NCBI GenBank assembly: GCA_030324005.1
Contig: JARDVH010000163.1
Coordinates: forward strand, 28,881,134-28,945,133
DNA from: Negaprion brevirostris
Taxonomy: Eukaryota
Length of the DNA: 64,000 bases
Direction: 5' to 3'
Below are positions 12,225-23,165 of the stretch, in pieces (within the stretch, counting starts at the first letter, position 1; every line of letters begins with the position of its first letter). The notes under the pieces were generated by a model, which saw only the letters and a list, made by a program, of their open reading frames with translations, did not search any database and was not told the origin of the DNA. Made by a program: the position numbers and the translations under genes.

Positions 12225-12744
12225 TCTGGTATTTACTTTAAATGTATGTCTCGTATTACTTTTTTGGAAACAACAGTCAGAATTTCAATAACATCCTTCA
12301 AGAAGAACGAAGAAATATCTGAATAAAGTTTGTGGATTAATTCATTCACCTTTCTAGGCCAAATTGCTAAGGAAATGATGGCGGAAAAATAGTCACTCAG
12401 GTGCAACATGTATATTCTTTTTTGGCAGTTCAGACAATTCTGATAATTAAAAAAAAATCCTAACAATAAATAATCACATTGTCCTGCTTCATTTTGCCCC
12501 TAGAAATGTCTGAGACTATATTCCTCAACAGCCAAGAATTCCTCAATGCCCAAATTTCAGCGATGTTTAATTGCATTGAGCTATGCCAGTTGAATATTTT
12601 CTTAGAAATGTACTGTCTCAACTGGAGTATTGTAAGTTGTTCTAATAATTGTTTCAAGAAAATTCCAGCCTAGATGTGACAGTCTGAGGAACGAATATAA
12701 GACATCCTAACTTATTTTTATAAGTACACAACTGCTGTCTATTT

Positions 12745-13065
12745 ATAGAATCACAGGGGCTTACAGCATGGAAACAGGCCCTTTGGCTCAACTTGTCTAT
12801 GTCTCCCTTTTTTTTTAAAACCCCTAAACTAATCCCAATTGCCCGCATTTGGCCCATGTCCCTCTATACCCATAGTACCCATGTAACAATCTAAATGTTT
12901 TTAAGAGATAAAGTTGTACCCGCCTCTACTACTACCTCTGGCAGCTTGTTCCAGACAGTGACCACACTCTGTGAAGAAATTGCCCCTCTGGACACTTTTG
13001 TAACTCTCCCCTCCCACCTTAAACCTCTGCCCTCTAGTTTTAGACTCCCCTATCTTTGGGAAAAG
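12745..13065 (-). mobile_element. HER1/CR1 LINE 3' end
   Basis: LFPKIGESKTRGQRFKVGGESYKSVQRGNFFT plus CR1 3' UTR. Confidence 0.9.
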
Positions 13066-13660
13066 ATATTTCTGTACAAAATAACAATGAAATGTGGAGC
13101 CAGCATGCTTTGCATCAGCTGCTTGAACCATTGTGACAGCATGGAATGGACTCCCCCAGCAGTGAACTAGCTGCTCAGTTGGAACAGGCGGAACAATTTC
13201 ACAAGCAATATCAGACAATCAGTAGCGTGCTGATTTCTGATCTTTTTTCAAGTAAGTCTGTCTGAAGGAGACTAAAAGGATTGAGTATGACAAGACTTTT
13301 CACTCTTGGTTAGTAAACACATGTCTCTTTTGAGATACCGCTGTGGATTTGTTCAGAAGTTTCAGCTTTTACAGATCAACAAGACATGGAGGCTGGCATT
13401 CCTCTTTCTTGTATGCAGCTGTGGAACATTCCTAGCCAGGAAAGGCAGCGGAGATCTCTGATCAGTTCTGCACCATTAGCACCAGCTAACAGTATGAGAA
13501 AGTATTTGAAGCCCTGCCGAGGAGTTTTAGCTCCACCTTTAAAAGTGTTGATTCAAATCCAGCTAGATTGTTATTGCATTATACAGCATCAGCACCCTGC
13601 AGCCTATTTTGGAATTTACAACCCAATTGCCCCAGGGATATTGCGGCTAAGCCCTCGCAG

Positions 13661-13979
13661 AAGAATTATTAGAATCCCTAACATTGCAGAAGGAGGCAAT
13701 TTGGCCCATTGAGTCTGCACCAACCACAATCCCACCCAGGCTCTATCTCCATAGCCCTACTTATTTATCCTACTAAGCCCCTGACACTAAGGGGCAATTT
13801 ACCACAGCCAATCAACCTAACTCACATATCTTTGGATTGTGGGGAGAAACCAGAGTATCCAGGAGGAAACCCACACAGACACGGGGAGAGTGTGTAAACT
13901 CCAAACAGACAGTGACCCAAGCCAGGAATCGAATTCAGGTCCCTGGCGCTGTAAGGCAGAAGTGCTAACCACTGTGCCA
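13661..13979 (-). mobile_element. HE1 SINE
   Basis: Head-to-tail similarity with other HE1 copies. Confidence 0.9.
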
Positions 13980-14258
13980 TATGAATATGAAGAAGTTCAT
14001 GTTACCACCCTTTGGAGAGATTTCAAACACAGAGTCTGGTATCCAACCTGGTGCAAATAGAATAGTTCATGTTGCCCTTTCTCAAGTTGTCAGAACATCT
14101 GTCCTCGTAGTCAGTAACCATCATGATGTCCAGAAAACCAGCCTTACAGGTATGAGAGAATGCAAATTCATGTAGAAACTAGTTGAATCATTTTAATATT
14201 CTTTAATACATGTTTAAAGGAGTGTTGAAGGGAGCATATACTTTGATGCCGATTTAAA

Positions 14259-14525
14259 GGAGGCACAGTGGTTAGCACTGCTGCCTCACAGGGACCTGAG
14301 TTCAAATCCCACTTTGGGTCACTGTCTGTGTGGATCCTGCATGTTCTCTCCTGTTTGCATGAGTTTCTTCCCACAGTCCAAAAGACATGCTGGTTGGATA
14401 CATTGGCTATGCTAAATTCTCTGTGTACCTGAACAGGCATCAGAGGATGGCAACTAGGGGATTTTTACAGTGACTTCATTGCAGTGTTAATATAAGCCTA
14501 TTTGTGACACCCATAAATAAACTTA
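14259..14525 (+). mobile_element. HE1-head SINE with alternative 3' tail
   Basis: HE1 head and V-domain, then 'ctaggggatttttacagtgacttcattgcagtgttaatataagcctatttgtgacac..aataaac'. Confidence 0.8.
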
Positions 14526-14805
14526 GGAGTGGTGAAAGGAGTATATCAAGGGAAGTAGCTTGGCCTTTAAACCCTGTGGGTTGGACGAAGCCTCCTAAAA
14601 GAATGCCACCATTATTTAAGAAGGCAGGAGAGAGAAAGCAGCGAAGTACAGACCTGCCAGTTTAATATCAGTTATAGGGATGTTACTGCAATCTAAATCG
14701 GCAGAAACACACGAGGAGTTGGACAAACATAAGCTGTTCAGGAGAGTCTAAATCAACGTGTGAAGAATAGGTGGATGACAGATTAATTTAGTGAATATTA
14801 AGGGT

Positions 14806-15601
14806 TGTGAGATAATTCAGGCAGCCTGACAGGAAAGGAATGGTATTTATTGTTAAACAAAATAAAGCCACTACCTATGTCTTGCATACACAAGTCCCAG
14901 CTTTCCTTTTACTTGAAACAATTCATCCAAATATAATACAAACTGAATATATTACAATTTCACAATGATAAACTATTAAAACAACAAGCTGATATAATTA
15001 TAATGTCAACAGCAAATATACCTTCATTAATACAGCAGCAAACAATCTCCTTTCCAATAAAAATGCAGTCCATTGTAAGTTATCTGTCACTTTCTGGGTT
15101 TCACCTTCCAGAGTTTTGCATTTTAGAACACACAAGTCCCAACCTGGACAACATTCTTTCACACTAATCTCAACCTGAACAATAGCTCTGCAGATCCTTC
15201 CCAGTGTTTGTCTAGGTGCAGTTTGCACGTTTTTCCTGGATCTGTGTGGGTTTCCTCCAGGTGTCCTGGTTTCCTCCCACACTTCAAACATGTGCAGGTT
15301 AGGTTGATTGGCTATGCTAAATTGCCCATAGTGTCCAGGGATGTGTAGGTTAGAGTAATTAGCAGGGTAAAAGTGTGCAGTTGTGGGGGTAGGACTTGGG
15401 GTTGGATTGTTGTTAGTGCAGACTTGCTGAACCAAATGACCTCCTTCTACACAACAGGGTTGTAAGTTCTAAGTTATAAAGGGCTCAGGTGATGGGTTCC
15501 ACCTGGCCAGGCAATTGCCTGTTACCAAGGGAACTCATGTTCAATGAGCCCCACAGGGAAATCAGTTAGAGATTCCCATGGAACTCGTGTGAATTATCAC
15601 A
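14806..15601 (-). mobile_element. Solo LTR-like element inside an old CR1 remnant, carrying a nested HE1 (~15205-15470, +)
   Basis: tgtga(g)ataattc...gaattatcaca termini; similar to LTRs at 51148-51390 and 55788-55972. Confidence 0.6.
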
Positions 15602-16437
15602 GGTGTCGTTAACATGGTGGATAGGACATTTTCTAAGTTCACCCAAAAAAATCAAAAATGAAAGCACATGGATTTGAAGACAACCTTGTAAGTGTTTGGT
15701 AATTAGTTGGAGGGTAGGAGACTGAGAGTGGGGATAGCATGAGATAGTTTAAAGATCAGAATAGAATGTCTCCAGGTGTTTCAACACTGTCATTTTCCTT
15801 AATCAAATCCCACATCTCTGCGTCAATATGATAAAACAGATTAGCCTCAATAAAGAATGATTTGTTCCAGCTCAATCAGCCAGAAAATAATTGCTTGTTT
15901 CAAACATTTCTTCACCACAGGGATCACTCAAAACTGGAAGAACATACTAATAAACAAAGCAGCAAAGAATTGAAAACAATATGTCACCTGTGTAGCAATT
16001 TGAAAGATTCCCAGAATGCTTCTTTAACATATTTCAATTTTTTAACATGTAAAATATAGTTTTCTCAGGAAATACTATGATTTTTACTCTGTAATATTTT
16101 TATAACTCTCTTATTGACACATTAATGATATTTAATAGCATAGGCTGGGAATTGGCCCATTTTGCTTTTGGGCACATGATTTGTGATCCATCTTCGTCTG
16201 TTGTCTTGGAGTAGACAGAATGTAAATTTGATGCTGCCCCCTCATTTACCTGATTCTAGCATTAGTCTGAGCAGTTCTGATGCTGCTGGCAGTCTGAGCA
16301 CTCACGGGGGGCTTAGCAGCATGTGTGAGTAGCCTTCCAGCTCTTTTTAAATACAGTCTGTCCCTATAAAATGGAAGCTAAACTGCAATGTAGCATGCTT
16401 CTGCTGACTGCTTTTTATGCAATTCTGAAAAAGGAAA

Positions 16438-17170
16438 ATGGAACATCAGGCCAGAGAGAAGGCTCCCGGTTTCATAGATATGGTGTTGGGAGTCTTTGTT
16501 ATGGAAGTGAGCTGGAGGGACGATGCCATTGGTACCCTAGGGATTCAGGAGACCACTCAAGGACCACCCTGAGAAGGGCTTAGGAGCAGGGGAGCAAGGA
16601 CGTTAATTCTCTCAGTCTACTAACTTCAAGTAGATGGTCAAGGTCAGTGAATGCATCTTCACATGACATCTCNNNNNNNNNNNNNNNNNNNNNNNNNNNN
16701 NNNNNNNNNNNNNNNNNNNNNNNNNNNNNNNNNNNNNNNNNNNNNNNNNNNNNNNNNNNNNNNNNNNNNNNNAATGCATCTTCACATGACATCTCCTACT
16801 TACCAATACACCAGCCTCTCATGCTATTCAGTGTTCTACACCCCAATCACTCATCTGTTGGCAGTTCCTGCCGCTAAGGACCCAGGATTAACATCCAGAT
16901 ACTCAACCCCACCTTCACACATTCCAACACTGCTAGCCTCACACCCAACTCCCCTTGCTTCCACATGCCACTAGCAATTCAGATGTGGCAGATGTGTCAC
17001 CCAAAAACATTGCAATGCCACCACTGATATTCTGACCTCTCTTTTGTGAGACAAGGTGACACACAATAGCAAAGAGCAGAGCAGAACTGGATGCCTGCAC
17101 CTTGTGAGCTCTCTGGAGGAAATGGTTCTCCTTAGCTTGAGGCAAGCTGTGATGAAAACTATGGCATCCA
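16438..17170 (+). mobile_element. PIF/Harbinger Myb/SANT-like gene remnant (two exon-like parts)
   Basis: MEHQAREKAPGFIDMVLGVFVMEVSWR...SRTTLRRA*EQGSKDVNS, donor-like gtcaag|gtcagt, later KVTHNSKEQSRTG..SSLEEMVL; frameshifted. Confidence 0.6.
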
Positions 17171-17238
17171 GCACGGTAGCACAGTGGCCTTGAACTTCAC
17201 CTTTGGCAAAATGTGAAGTTCTTGGGAAGAAACAGTAA

Positions 17239-17646
17239 GGGACGATCTTACCAAAGAAATTCTAAGTGCCAGATGAGCGTGAAAATGGGAGAGAATTGCA
17301 CCCATTTTTTCAGCGAGCTTTCGGACCCAAGGTTATGCACTTCATGCAAAAGAAAAAGCAAAGTGTAATTCATACCAGTAGAGGGAGTGAATGTAGTCTA
17401 TTCTCACTGAAAAACCAGCTGCTCACACTAGAGGGTGCCATTGCACATGCGCAGATCTCTACATTCTGTGTAATGGAACAGAAACATCTGTCAGTCCCCC
17501 CACAACTCCCTGGATATTGCCCCCCACCCCTCCACCCGATTGCTGGCCTCCTCAGCTGATCACCCACCCCCATACTTCCCAGGTCACACTGGAATTCCAG
17601 GGCCAGTAAGATCACAAGAAGATTGACGAGCTGGTAAGATTACCCC
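17239..17646. mobile_element. Harbinger/Tourist-like MITE
   Basis: TIR gggacgatcttacc/ggtaagattacccc flanked by TAA on both sides (canonical TWA TSD). Confidence 0.75.
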
Positions 17647-18196
17647 TAAGATTCAGCAAGAAGAATCTTGAATCAGAACTGCACATTCTGTTAAAACATG
17701 GACTTTTTTTTTCTCCTTCTAGACTCCCTCTGCTGGTACATGGATATGATNNNNNNNNNNNNNNNNNNNNNNNNNNNNNNNNNNNNNNNNNNNNNNNNNN
17801 NNNNNNNNNNNNNNNNNNNNNNNNNNNNNNNNNNNNNNNNNNNNNNNNNNNNNNNNNNNNNNNNNNNNNNNNNNNNNNNNNNNNNNNNNNNNNNNNNNNN
17901 NNNNNNNNNNNNNNNNNNNNNNNNNNNNNNNNNNNNNNNNNNNNNNNNNNNNNNNNNNNNNNNNNNNNNNNNNNNNNNNNNNNNNNNNNNNNNNNNNNNN
18001 NNNNNNNNNNNNNNNNNNNNNNNNNNNNNNNNNNNNNNNNNNNNNNNNNNNNNNNNNNNNNNNNNNNNNNNNNNNNNNNNNNNNNNNNNNNNNNNNNNNN
18101 NNNNNNNNNNNNNNNNNNNNNNNNNNNNNNNNNNNNNNNNNNNNNNNNNNNNNNNNNNNNNNNNNNNNNNNNNNNNNNNNNNNNNNNNNNNNNNNN

Positions 18197-18890
18197 AAAT
18201 GTCAACCACTGATTGCAGCCCCCCCCCCCCCCGCAACTCGATCCCAGTTGATTGCAGTCACTGATTCTCCACCCTGGCTGATTTCCACCCCGATCCTCCC
18301 CTCACCCCCAGCCGATCACCACCCTCGATCCCCTTGTTCACCTTTGCTGATTGCCACCCAGTGCAGATTATGCAGCACCCACGCCCTGCCTCACCTTCAG
18401 GCTCCACCCCACCCTTCTGCCCCATCCCTCCTATTGGGCCAGGCCCCTCGGCACTGCCAGTGCCCAGTGGACAGTGCCAGGGTGCTTGGTGGGTCGTGCC
18501 GTGTGCTAGGGTGGAACTGCTAGGATCCCAGTCTGACATTGCCCAAGGGGCACTGCCCAACCCAACAACCTGGGGACTCATTGGCCTCACCAGCGATGCC
18601 ATCACATCAGGCCCTCATGACGGGAACCACATGTCATCCTCGCTGGTGAGGACCTCGAACAGCAAGGCCATTAAGGCAAGTGAGCCCAGACGATTGCACT
18701 CCAGGCTTACTAAACATTTTAAATTAAGTTATAAATATTTAAATCAGCCTCACATCCATCCCGGCAGATTGGAACCAGTAAGATCATGAGAGCTGAGAAA
18801 TTGGGCGCGAACTGGGTTTTTTGTCTCTCACGCAATCTTACTGGCTTGCCATGCCAGTCAACTGGCGTGATGAACCAGTAAGGTTAATCC
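18197..18890. mobile_element. GC-rich MITE-like element (left end in gap)
   Basis: cccgatc-type internal repeats as in 17239-17646 and terminal 'cagtaaggttaatccc'. Confidence 0.5.
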
Positions 18891-19080
18891 CTATATCTTT
18901 TTCCAAATAGCGAGACCAAAACTGTACACATAATTCTGATGTGGTCTCATCAATGCCCTGTACAGTTGCACTAAAGCTTCCCTGTTTTTATATTCCATTC
19001 CTCTTGCAATAAACAACAACATTCCATCTGCCTACCTTACCACTTGCTGTAACTGCATTAAACTTTTTGTGATTGATGTG
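18891..19080 (-). mobile_element. HER1/CR1 LINE fragment
   Basis: 'gaccaaaactgtacaca.aattc..atgtggtctc.tcaatgccctgtacag' encodes the CR1 LEY.VQFW region. Confidence 0.75.
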
Positions 19081-19099
19081 AGATAAGACATAGACATTC

Positions 19100-19768
19100 C
19101 CTGTGGCCAATGGCACCTGTTCCTATCCATTAAAAACTGTATGTTTCAGTGCAGGCAGCTCCTCAGCACAATGACTCTGAGCCATCCTGAAGCGTCAGTA
19201 AATTCCCTGTACACACACTTGTCCCATGTTCAGAGTCCTCACACTGAGTTGGTATGTCTGCAGGAGGGTGTAAATGATGAGGCCTGTGCTCAGGGGTAGG
19301 CGGGCTAACACTTTGCCAAAATGTATCAGTTCTTTGAATCTCTTACTGCATAAGATGCAGGCTCTTCTATTGCTTCTGCAACTGATGGTGGTAGGTACCT
19401 CTTCCCAAATCTGTTTAATTTGGGTGGATAATGTTCTCCTGCTACTCAAAACTGCGATGCTGTTCTGCCCTTAGAGCCAATACTTTAGCTCAATGCATTC
19501 CTCATAAAAGACCCCCTGTTCACTCCCTTCAGATTTAAACACGGCCATGACTGTCCTAGGCGTTTAAATCTGGCCCACATTTCTATCAAACCCACCTCTA
19601 ATTCCTGCCCCCATGGGCTATAATTAGCCATCAAACCCATCTCTAATGTAATAAAGGAGTCGCCCCAACAAAAGTTGTGACTTTGATCAACTTCCTCTGG
19701 GAAGTGGGTTCAGGATGCAGACGTAATCCTGACTTTCTTTTCTTGCCTCTATGGTGAAAATTCAGCCC
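19100..19768 (-). mobile_element. PIF/Harbinger Myb/SANT-like remnant
   Basis: RRTLSTQIKQIWEEVPTTISCRSNRRACILCSKRFKELIHFGKV; terminal 'gaaaattcagccc' resembles the family TIR. Confidence 0.55.
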
Positions 19769-21371
19769 TTTGTTTGAAAATATTCCACTGAAATGCCTTG
19801 GGGCATTTTACTAAGATTAAGGTACGAAATAATTGCAGGTTATCATTATTGTTTTTTAACTAGTAATGACCATGTCCTGCATTTAGTACAAAAGTAAGGC
19901 GTGAAGGGTGAAACTTTTCCAATGTTAAATGTGTCTTCTGTTAAAAGTCCCTTTCATATTCATACAGAAGATTGATAAGGACAACCATCTTAAAAGCCTT
20001 CAGTTTGTGGCAACTAGAGGTTACAATAATAGAGCGGAGGTATTCTCATTACAGCCACAATAAAAAATGTTGCTTTGTACAAAGCACACCTTAGTCCATG
20101 TTCCACAAACAATGTGGAGAGAGAGCAGTAACTCCATGTGGAGAGAAGCAGAGCAAGCAGTTAGGGAAACTGCACAGAGAATCAAAGCTGAAGATTTTCA
20201 ATGTATTTTTATTGATAACGGATGGCAGAGGCCCAGTCACAGTGAAGAGCTGAAGCTTTCTTTCATACACCTAACCAGGAGACTGATTGTGGGTTAATGT
20301 TTTTTTGTTTTCTCTGTACCATACAGCTGGAGGCTCTTTTGATTGTTTAGGCCGTGTTGCCATGCCAACAATTTTTCGGAGGGAAACATTTTTCAGCCTT
20401 GGTGGAAAGACAAGAGGAATTGGCAACAATTTTGTCAATTCATTTTAGCAAACATATTCACGGATTTACTCACATCTACTTTCTTTATAAAGAAAATTGG
20501 AAAATTGAGATAATTGTGGTCCCAAAAGAGTAGAATAAAACTGGCTGTTAGAAAGTGTGAATGCGTTCTGCAACCTGCATGAGAAATAGGTTGAAGATTT
20601 CTTAATTACAAGTCAAGAAAGCAAGATGTGCAACCATTGTTTTTCCATTTTCAAGTACGGTCCTTTCTGTTCCTTGCAGTTGTTGTAATCTCTAAAATGT
20701 TTGTTCTTGGCCCCCAACTGGTCCATCACTGCAGTAACCTTTCAGATACTCATTGCGGCTCTCTTTAACACCTAAACTAACGTGCTCAGTCACAAATCCT
20801 ATGTGTCAATTCTGGTCAGGAACCCTCCTAACTAATTGTCATCTATATTGTTGTTTAACAGGAAGTTAGGATGGCAAGAGCTTAGGAAAATCTTATTAAT
20901 TTTAATCAGATCAGTCTGAGTGCAATCTCCTTGAGCACCACAGGTAGCAGAGATTTACAACACCAGCCTCGATCCCATCTTCTGTCACCTCCCCAATCAC
21001 CATCAGCGTTCAAGGTCAGCCTCAGGTGTCACTTTGATAGATGCTAACCCCTTAACTTCTCCAGGTTAAAGTCAACACAAATGCTCAGTTTATACATTTT
21101 AGTGAATTTAGATATTGAGAGGCTGCCCTTTACCTATTGATATCCTGCTGCAATGAGAATGGATTTTTTTGCTGCGTTTAAATATTACTTGTTTTATCTT
21201 AATTCATAGGTCCAAGTCAATCAGCTGTGCCACATTTTCAAGCACACCAATTGAGTAAAGAAGGGTATGTCATACTTAGAAATAAATTAAAATATTGGCT
21301 CGAAATTCACCACCAGAAAGTTTCACACCTTTGTATTCACCAATGCTCCAGTGGTGAGTTTACCTCAAAAT

Positions 21372-21669
21372 TATAGAATCCCTACAGGGCAGAAGGAGAC
21401 CATTCAGCCCATCAAGCTGCACCAACAACAATCCTACCCCATCTCTGTAACCGCACATATTTACCCCGCTCGTCCCCCTGACACTAAGGGGCAATTTACT
21501 ATGTCCAATCCACCTAACCTGCACATCTTTAAACTGTGGGAGGAAACCAGAGCTCCCGGAGGAAACCCATGTTGACATGAAGGGAACATGCAAGTTCCAC
21601 ACAGACCATTACCCAAGCCGGGAATCGAACCTGGCACTCTGAGGCAGTAGTGCTAACCACTGTGCCACC
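21372..21669 (-). mobile_element. HE1 SINE
   Basis: Near full-length HE1 head, V-domain and tail. Confidence 0.92.
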
Positions 21670-22467
21670 CAGTGGAGAAGCTTTTGGATAATGCTGTAGT
21701 GAACATGGCAGTGAATGAGAGATAGCACATATGAATATATCATACAGTGCACATACAGTGAATTATCTCATCCGTGAGTCTGATTATTTCCTTCCCAAAA
21801 ACATCTCAACAGTTAATATTCAGACTGTTGCATTATTGGTTCTCATGATGAATGGTGTAGATTTGTTTATTTAATCAGTTGGCTACAACGAGTGAACCAA
21901 TCTTGCAGCAGTAGATTACGCTGTTGCCAGGAATCTGGCTGCAAGAAAACACACTTCCATTCAGGAAAATTCCCTTTTCCATTCATTTTAAGAGGGTGGA
22001 GCTTTGATAATTAATTTAAATATTTTTTCAGCACATACAACACTGGAACAGCACCAAGTCCAGGATATTATGGCATGCTGTAACAGCATAATTTACTGCA
22101 CCACAATTTCCTGGGAATTGTGTGTCATGAAACAGGCCCGAGGAAACTCAGGATCATTCACAATTAACTTAGGACCTCAATATGACAATATTGGAAACTA
22201 ACATCTGAACAATCAGCTGAAATTTCTCCCTGCACCAATTCAGTGGAAGTGTTAGATTATTTAAAAATGCATGATATCAGAGTATATATTAAAATATACA
22301 TAGTAACAGTCTGAGAAATGAATTAGATGTTCTATTTCTGTATAAAACAGCAACTTATTGACTAGTTTGTAGCATCAGCTTCTCGAAACATCGTGACAAC
22401 AGCTGATTCCCAAAATGGTAAAACTAGCAGCTCATTTGGAAAAGGCTGACCAATTTCACAAATGTTA

Positions 22468-22597
22468 ATGTCAGGGAGATTAGCAGGGTTAATATGTTTG
22501 GTTATGTGGATAGGAGCTGGGCGGGATTGTTGTCAGAGCAGGGTCGTTGGGCCGAATGGCCTTTTCCTGCACTGTAGGGGTTGTATGTAAGCTATGT
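22468..22597 (+). mobile_element. HE1 SINE 3' fragment
   Basis: 'gggccgaatggccttttcctgcactgtaggg' tail. Confidence 0.8.
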
Positions 22598-22991
22598 AAT
22601 ATCAAACAATCAGTGGCATGGTGATTCCTCATCCTGTTTTTCAGTTTGATAGAAGCTGGCTAAAAGGAATTGATATGAAAAATCTTCCAATCTCACCCAG
22701 TGCCATTTTAGATATAACGACCAGTACAGAACAATTTGCAAAATATCAATCTTAGTAATTTAACTTGCACATGAATGAATGTTAAAAATTCCTTTGAATA
22801 AGAGAAACCAGGGATGGACCACCAATTTCTCAGTGCATTGAACTGCATGCCAGAGAATTTGTCTGGCATGCCACGGTTTAAGGAGGGCTCACTACCAATT
22901 GTGTATGTGGTCAGCTTAATGATTACTACAAATGTGTAATCCAAGCCTAGTTGTAACAGATATTGAATAACCCAACCAGAGTGTTTTCAGC

Positions 22992-23165
22992 GACAGCCAT
23001 GACTCAACTGGCAGCTCTCTTACTTCTAACTCAAAAAGAGTTTGGGTTCAAGATCCGCTTCAGGGTTTGAGCACAAAAATCTACATTGATATTTCATTGG
23101 GTGTAAAGTGCTTTGAGATGTCCAATTGTGGTGATAAATGCTAGTCAAATTCAAGTTTTTCATTC
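22992..23165 (+). mobile_element. SacSINE1-like SINE, internally deleted
   Basis: Head 'cagccatgactca..gggttcaag..ttgagcacaaaaatcta' joined to tail 'ttcattgggtgtaaagtgctttgagatgtcc'. Confidence 0.65.

Noticed and set aside
16650-16795. 23-bp direct repeat aatgcatcttcacatgacatctc
   Set aside because: Identical copies flank an exactly 100-N gap, so this is a contig overlap artefact
17612-18264. Long ORFs in the track here and at 23.2-23.9, 40.6-41.1, 47.5-48.2 and 57.3-57.9 kb
   Set aside because: They run through N gaps and are artefacts
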